NCBI GenBank assembly: GCA_945859975.1
Contig: CAMAPH010000002.1
Coordinates: 32,001-96,000, forward strand
Direction of reading: 5' to 3'
DNA from: Chthonomonas calidirosea
GTDB taxonomy: Bacteria; Armatimonadota; Fimbriimonadia; Fimbriimonadales; Fimbriimonadaceae
DNA: 64,000 nt
Part shown: positions 58,849 to 64,000 of the stretch, piece after piece
Numbering within the stretch: the stretch's first letter is position 1
Layout of the letters: each line of letters opens with the position of its first letter
Notes under the pieces: generated by a model
Databases searched by the model: none
Seen by the model: the letters and a program-made list of their open reading frames with translations, nothing else
Told to the model about the DNA's origin: nothing
Program-made: the position numbers and the translations under genes

Positions 58849-60228
58849 ATGCAATCGTTGTCGTTCCATGGTGCCGCGCAAACCGTGACCGGCTCCTGCC
58901 ACCTCATCCAATTTGGGAAAACAAAGATCCTCGTGGACTGCGGTGTTTTCCAAGGCTCACGACAATTGCGTGACCAAAACTACGCACCATTCCCGTTCGA
59001 TCCGAGTGAGCTTGACCTCGTCATCGTCACCCACGCGCACCAAGATCACATCGGACGGCTTCCCAAGCTGGTGAAAGAGGGCTATCAAGGCAAATTCCTC
59101 GCGACGAAGGCGACCATCGGCCTGGCTCGAATTGCGCTCCCGGATGCCGGACGAATTCAAGAGGAAGACGCCAAGCGCGCTCGAAAGCACGGCAGCCGCC
59201 ACGCCGATCCACAACCGCTTTTTAGTGAGGAAGACGCCTACGAAGCTTTGAAGCGGTTCGAGCCCATTTCTTACAATTCATGGACTCCGCTACCGGGTGG
59301 CGCGCAGTTGCGGTACCGCTTTGCGGGACACATTCTCGGTTCAACCTTCGCGGAGATTGCGTGCCCAGACGGACAAATCCTCCTCATGGGTGGCGACTTG
59401 GGACGCTATAACACGCCGATCATTCGCGACCCGGAAACCGTCGATCATGCGGACTATCTCGTGATTGAAAGCACTTACGGGAATCGCTTCCACAGCCATG
59501 AGGATCCGCGAGCGCGCTTAGCCGAAGTCATGACCAACGCCGTCGAGACAGGCGGTGTGGTGGTCGTGCCCAGCTTTAGCATCGGCAGAACCCAGGAACT
59601 GCTGTACTACATCAGCGAACTGCAAGATGCCGGTCAGTGTCCGAAAATTCCTATCTTCCTCGACAGCCCGATGGCGGTGTCCGCCACCCAACTCTATGCA
59701 AACAGCAAGGAAGAGCATGACGAAGACATGCTGATTGCCGTAAGCGAGGGCGATCACCAGCTGGAGCCCGAGGGCTTCACGATCGTCCGCGATCGGGACG
59801 CCTCGAAGGCGCTCAACTTCCGCCCCGGCCCGTTTGTGGTCATCGCCGGTTCCGGAATGGCAAACGCGGGCCGGGTGGTTCACCACCTGATGCATCGGCT
59901 CGGACAAGCAAACACCCAGGTTCTTTTCACCGGCTACCAAGCCGAAGGCACGCTTGGGCGGCGACTGATGGACGGCGCCGATCGAGTCAAGATGCTCGGA
60001 ACCGAAATTGCGGTCAAGGCAACCGTCGATAAACTGAACTCGCTCTCGGCCCACGCGGACCAGGATGAGATTCTCAAATGGCTTGGCGGATTCCGACGCG
60101 CGCCAAAGACCACGTTCCTCGTTCACGGCGAACCGGATGCGCAACATGGACTTGAAGCGAGAATCAAAGCCGACCTTGGCTGGAACGTTGAGATTCCTGC
60201 GATGAATCAGTCGTTCGAACTCTCCTAA
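58849..60228 (+). CDS. MBL-fold metallo-hydrolase with beta-CASP domain (RNA-processing family)
   Basis: VTGSCH, THAHQDHIG, GHILGS, IESTYG, SAHAD, LVHGE. Confidence 0.94.
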   Translation: MQSLSFHGAAQTVTGSCHLIQFGKTKILVDCGVFQGSRQLRDQNYAPFPFDPSELDLVIVTHAHQDHIGRLPKLVKEGYQGKFLATKATIGLARIALPDAGRIQEEDAKRARKHGSRHADPQPLFSEEDAYEALKRFEPISYNSWTPLPGGAQLRYRFAGHILGSTFAEIACPDGQILLMGGDLGRYNTPIIRDPETVDHADYLVIESTYGNRFHSHEDPRARLAEVMTNAVETGGVVVVPSFSIGRTQELLYYISELQDAGQCPKIPIFLDSPMAVSATQLYANSKEEHDEDMLIAVSEGDHQLEPEGFTIVRDRDASKALNFRPGPFVVIAGSGMANAGRVVHHLMHRLGQANTQVLFTGYQAEGTLGRRLMDGADRVKMLGTEIAVKATVDKLNSLSAHADQDEILKWLGGFRRAPKTTFLVHGEPDAQHGLEARIKADLGWNVEIPAMNQSFELS

Positions 60229-60231
60229 CAT

Positions 60232-61494
60232 ATGGCTACACGAATGAAAATCCTCGTTATCGGATCTGGAGCCCGCGAACACGCCCTCGTATGGCGACTC
60301 GCGCAAGAAGCAGACGTCATCTGCGCCCCGGGGAATCCGGGAATTGAGGATGAGGTCGAGTGTTTCGCCGTCGCGGCCGTGGATACTCCCGGACTCATTG
60401 CTTTGGCCCGCGAGCACGCGGTGGACTTGGTCGTTTATGGACCTGAGGATCCGCTCATCCTCGGTGGGGCCGACGCCTTTCGCGCGGCAGGCTTCGCCGT
60501 CTTCGGACCCGGCTCCGCAGGTGCCCAGTTGGAGGGGTCCAAGGCGTTCTCGAAGGAGTTCATGGTCTCCGCTGGCATCCCGACGGCAACGCATGAGAGC
60601 TTCGTTGATGCGCAAACCGCGATCGAGTACGCCCGCATCCGATTTGCTGACGGCTACGGTGTCGTAGTTAAGGCCTCCGGCAATGCGCTTGGCAAGGGTG
60701 TGATTGTCTGCGAGGATATCTTCGAAGCAGAAGATGCGATCCAGCGGATCATGGTGGACCGGATTTTTGGCGACGCTGGTGCCGAGATCGTGATTGAAGA
60801 TCGGCTTGACGGTCGCGAATTCTCACTGTTCACCCTCATCAGCGACAACTACGCGGCGAGCTTGCCGATTGCTAGAGACTACAAGCGCATCGGCACGGGT
60901 GATTCCGGGCCAAACACCGGTGGCATGGGCTCCTTCTCTCCTGACGCCTCAATCACACCCGACCTGCTTCACGAGGTCGAAGAACGGATTATCCGGCCGA
61001 CGGTCATTGAACTCCATCGTCGAGGACTGCCTTACAGAGGGAACCTGTTCGCGGGCGTGATGCTCCATAAAGGTCGCCCGCATTGCCTTGAATTCAATGT
61101 CCGGTTCGGTGATCCCGAGACGCAAAGCTTGATGGCAAGAATCCGTAGCGGATTCGCGGCGGCGCTATATGCCGCGGCAATCGGCGAGGCGATCCCACCG
61201 GTGGAGATTTCAGATGATGCGGCGGTCACCGTAGTATTGGCTAGTGCGGGCTATCCCGGCGAATACACGCGGGGCAAGAGGATAGAAGTCGGCCCGGTCG
61301 CCGAAAACGTGAAGCTGTTCCATGCCGGAACAACGGTCGTAGACGGCTGGCTGGTCACGAACGGTGGAAGGGTAATGAGCGTGACCGCGACGGGAGAAAC
61401 CGTGGAGGCCGCACGGTTTGCCGCGTACCAGGCCGTTAGTTCGGTGCGTTTCGAAGGAATGCAGTACCGCTCGGATATCGCCGAATCCATCTAG
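60232..61494 (+). CDS. purD: Phosphoribosylamine-glycine ligase
   Basis: GSGAREHAL, LEGSKAFSK, GPNTGGMG, EFNVRFGDPE, TNGGRV. Confidence 0.97.
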   Translation: MATRMKILVIGSGAREHALVWRLAQEADVICAPGNPGIEDEVECFAVAAVDTPGLIALAREHAVDLVVYGPEDPLILGGADAFRAAGFAVFGPGSAGAQLEGSKAFSKEFMVSAGIPTATHESFVDAQTAIEYARIRFADGYGVVVKASGNALGKGVIVCEDIFEAEDAIQRIMVDRIFGDAGAEIVIEDRLDGREFSLFTLISDNYAASLPIARDYKRIGTGDSGPNTGGMGSFSPDASITPDLLHEVEERIIRPTVIELHRRGLPYRGNLFAGVMLHKGRPHCLEFNVRFGDPETQSLMARIRSGFAAALYAAAIGEAIPPVEISDDAAVTVVLASAGYPGEYTRGKRIEVGPVAENVKLFHAGTTVVDGWLVTNGGRVMSVTATGETVEAARFAAYQAVSSVRFEGMQYRSDIAESI

Positions 61495-61508
61495 CGGGGT
61501 CCCAAAAT

Positions 61509-61532
61509 AAAAAGGGGTGCCCGAAGGCACCC
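61509..61532. terminator. Hairpin between purD and purB
   Basis: GGGTGCC-CGAA-GGCACCC preceded by an A run, so the U-tract is on the minus strand. Confidence 0.5.
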
Positions 61533-61630
61533 GCTCTCCTTTCAACACACAAAGGAACTAAGCAACGATTCGTTGACTTTGGGCCAGAAAAGAAAGTTCC
61601 AACAAATTTTTCGGCTGGTACCCTTTCGGT

Positions 61631-62926
61631 GTGATTGACCGCTATTGCACCCCTGCGATGACCGAGATTTGGTCCCAAAACGCGAAGTACCAGACTTGGC
61701 AAGACGTGGAGGTTGCGATTGTGGAAGGGCACGTTGCGCTCGGACAAGTGCCGGCAGAAGCGCTCGCCGCAATCCAGACCCGTGCTTCCTTCACGGTCGA
61801 GCGATGCGAAGAGCTTGAGAAAGAAACCCGTCACGACCTGATGGCGTTCGTGCGAAATCTGAGCGAGAACATTGGGCCCGAAGGTCGATTTGTTCACTTG
61901 GGCGTCACCAGTTACGACGTCATCGACACCGCGCTCGGGATCATGCTTCGCAACTCCTGCGACGTGCTTCTGGCTAGCGGAGAAAGGCTTGCAACGGAAA
62001 TTGCTCGACTCGCGAAAGAGCACGCCAACACGCCATGTATCGGCCGTACCCACGGCATCCATGCCGAGCCCATCACTTTCGGATTCAAGTGCGCCAACTG
62101 GTACGCCGAACTCCAGCGAAACCTGGAGCGCCTGCGTACGGCTAGAGCAGAGGTATCCGTAGGCAAGGTCAGCGGCGCGGTCGGCGTGCATGCGATCGCT
62201 TCACCAGAGCTCGAAGTCTGGGTGTGCAATCGTCTCGGACTCCAGGCCGACCCTGCCAGCACGCAGATCATCAATCGAGATCGTCACGCAAACTTTTTAA
62301 ATGTCCTTGCCCTTCTCGGCGCTGGACTTGAACGCATCGCAACCGAGCTGCGGAACCTGCAGCGAACCGAGATTTTGGAAGTCCAGGAGGCATTTGCCAA
62401 GGGACAAACCGGAAGCAGCGCGATGCCGCACAAGCGGAACCCGTGGAACAGCGAGACGGTCTGCGGCCTTGCTCGGTTGCTTCGAGCGAATTCCCACGCG
62501 ATGTTGGAAAGCGTTGCCACTTGGCACGAGCGCGACCTCACGAACTCTTCCCTCGAGCGGATCATTTTCCCGGACTCATGCCAACTTGCCGACTTCATGC
62601 TGAACCGACTAACCAGCATCTTGGCGGGACTACAAGTCTTCCCTGAGCGAATGCATCAGAACCTGCGCCTCATGGGTGATCTCGTTTTCTCGGAGCATGT
62701 GATGATCTCGCTCGTTCAAGCCGGGATGGCTCGCGAGGACGCTTACAAGGTTGCCCAGCGGAATGCGGCGAAGAGTTGGGAGGGCGAAGATTTCCGCACT
62801 TCCGTTACGAACGATCCCGACGTTCAGAGTCGCCTCACCCAAGAGCAGATTGATGAGATTTTCAGCCTTGAGCACCACCTCCGGCACGCAGGTCACACCA
62901 TCGCGGCGGTTGGACTAAAAGGCTGA
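61631..62926 (+). CDS. purB: Adenylosuccinate lyase
   Basis: MIDRY, TRHD, GRTHGIHAEP, GSSAMPHKRNP. Confidence 0.97.
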   Translation: MIDRYCTPAMTEIWSQNAKYQTWQDVEVAIVEGHVALGQVPAEALAAIQTRASFTVERCEELEKETRHDLMAFVRNLSENIGPEGRFVHLGVTSYDVIDTALGIMLRNSCDVLLASGERLATEIARLAKEHANTPCIGRTHGIHAEPITFGFKCANWYAELQRNLERLRTARAEVSVGKVSGAVGVHAIASPELEVWVCNRLGLQADPASTQIINRDRHANFLNVLALLGAGLERIATELRNLQRTEILEVQEAFAKGQTGSSAMPHKRNPWNSETVCGLARLLRANSHAMLESVATWHERDLTNSSLERIIFPDSCQLADFMLNRLTSILAGLQVFPERMHQNLRLMGDLVFSEHVMISLVQAGMAREDAYKVAQRNAAKSWEGEDFRTSVTNDPDVQSRLTQEQIDEIFSLEHHLRHAGHTIAAVGLKG

Positions 62927-62927
62927 A

Positions 62928-63587
62928 ATGTGCGCGAGATTCGGCGTCCAGCTTTCCCAAGCTCAGCTTGAGCTGACCTTCGGAATTGCGCCGGAAGAAG
63001 ACGAACTTCTGGATCAACCGGAGGTTCGTCCGACGGACATGTCGATCATTCTGGCCTCCGACGCGGAAAGCCAAAGATGGCGCAAAGTTCGCTGGGGACT
63101 CGTGCCGAGCTGGGCTAAGGACGACCGCTCCGCGGCCAACCTCATCAACGCCCGAAGTGAAACGGCCGCCGAAAAGCCCTCCTTTCGCGAAGCGATGAGT
63201 AAGCGCCGGTGCGTCGTTCCGGCGAGCTTTTACGTGGAGTGGCGTGACGAGGCTGCGGACGTGCAACTCAACTTGTTCGGTGAGCCTACGGCAATCTCCA
63301 AGCCCAAGAAAGTCAAGTACGCCTTCTTTCGGGCTGACGCCGAGGTCACCATCCTGGCCGGCCTGTGGGAACGATGGGCCGCTCCGGACGGTCCGCTTGA
63401 GACCTTCACCATCCTCACGTGCGCCCCAAATGAGCTTGCTGGTGAGTTTCACGACCGCATGCCGTGCTTACTGAGTGATGAGGATGCAGAAACTTGGCTT
63501 CGCCCAAGCACAACGGTCGAAGAAGCTCAAGCACTTCTTCGACCGTTTGATTCCGCCCAGATGGGTACTCGGCTAATCGCCGACTGA
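62928..63587 (+). CDS. SOS response-associated peptidase (SRAP/YedK, abasic-site crosslinking)
   Basis: N-terminal MCARF (Cys2), WGLVPSW, INARSET, RRCVVPA..YVEW, HDRMP. Confidence 0.93.
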   Translation: MCARFGVQLSQAQLELTFGIAPEEDELLDQPEVRPTDMSIILASDAESQRWRKVRWGLVPSWAKDDRSAANLINARSETAAEKPSFREAMSKRRCVVPASFYVEWRDEAADVQLNLFGEPTAISKPKKVKYAFFRADAEVTILAGLWERWAAPDGPLETFTILTCAPNELAGEFHDRMPCLLSDEDAETWLRPSTTVEEAQALLRPFDSAQMGTRLIAD

Positions 63588-63588
63588 G

Positions 63589-63999
63589 TTATTCGCCGAG
63601 CAAACCGTTTAGGTAAGCCGCGAGCCGGTAGCCGCCGAGCACCGCCATTTTTCGCGAAAGATCTGCGGTTCGGCGCTCATAGCCTGCGGGCACCACGCCG
63701 CGGTTGGTAAGGCCACGGTAGACCTCGGCAACCGCCACCTCGCTCTGTCGCTTGGCGATCGCTTCCCAGTTCAGGTTGGCAACGTCCTCATCCTTCGGCT
63801 TAAGATCAGCCCGCGAAAGCCACGCGTTCGTTACCGCGACGAAGCTCGTGAGCCCATCCTGCTTCAGAGCCTTTTCGATTCCGTCATCCCAATAACCATG
63901 CAGTCGGGTCTCGGTCGCGCTCGGAGTCACCTTAATGAAGAATTGATTCCCACCATCATCGCCTCCAGGGAGGAATTCGCGACCAAAGTGCTCTGAGCA
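63589..63999 (-). CDS. S1/P1 nuclease family protein, C-terminal part only
   Basis: Frame stays open to the window edge: GDDGGNQF...LHGYWDD...LGGYRLAAYLN. Confidence 0.8.
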   Translation of the reverse strand, partial: CSEHFGREFLPGGDDGGNQFFIKVTPSATETRLHGYWDDGIEKALKQDGLTSFVAVTNAWLSRADLKPKDEDVANLNWEAIAKRQSEVAVAEVYRGLTNRGVVPAGYERRTADLSRKMAVLGGYRLAAYLNGLLGE

Positions 64000-64000
64000 A

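Overview
A 64-kb, mostly core-genome bacterial window of moderately high GC. Gene content points to Armatimonadota, probably Fimbriimonadaceae-like; this is inferred from the [17 protein letters not shown] prepilin, a PEP-CTERM protein and SBBP/Ig-repeat surface proteins. Housekeeping genes include rpoB, rpoC, hisB-hisH-hisA, sucD, an IscS-like desulfurase, a sigma70-family factor, mscL, gcvH/PA/PB, trmD-rplS-lepB, glnA, purD, purB, gpmA, crtI and tRNA-Ile2(CAU). Accessory genes include two large SBBP proteins, thiol-redox and DinB genes, and two toxin-antitoxin-like pairs. I saw no CRISPR array, prophage or transposase. Best leads: (1) a c-di-AMP (ydaO/yuaA) riboswitch reading into hisBHA with none of its usual targets nearby; (2) a -10 hexamer 6 nt before many start codons (leaderless mRNAs), alongside a sigma factor with altered -10-reading residues; (3) three 100-aa phage-tail-like repeats inserted into an SBBP blade; (4) a TlpA lacking both active-site cysteines next to an intact TlpA; (5) a beta-clamp-like motif in a SRAP protein; (6) a terminator and second promoter between rpoB and rpoC, plus a novel-looking trigger-loop insertion in RpoC. 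All family calls come from motif recognition by eye; no searches were run.
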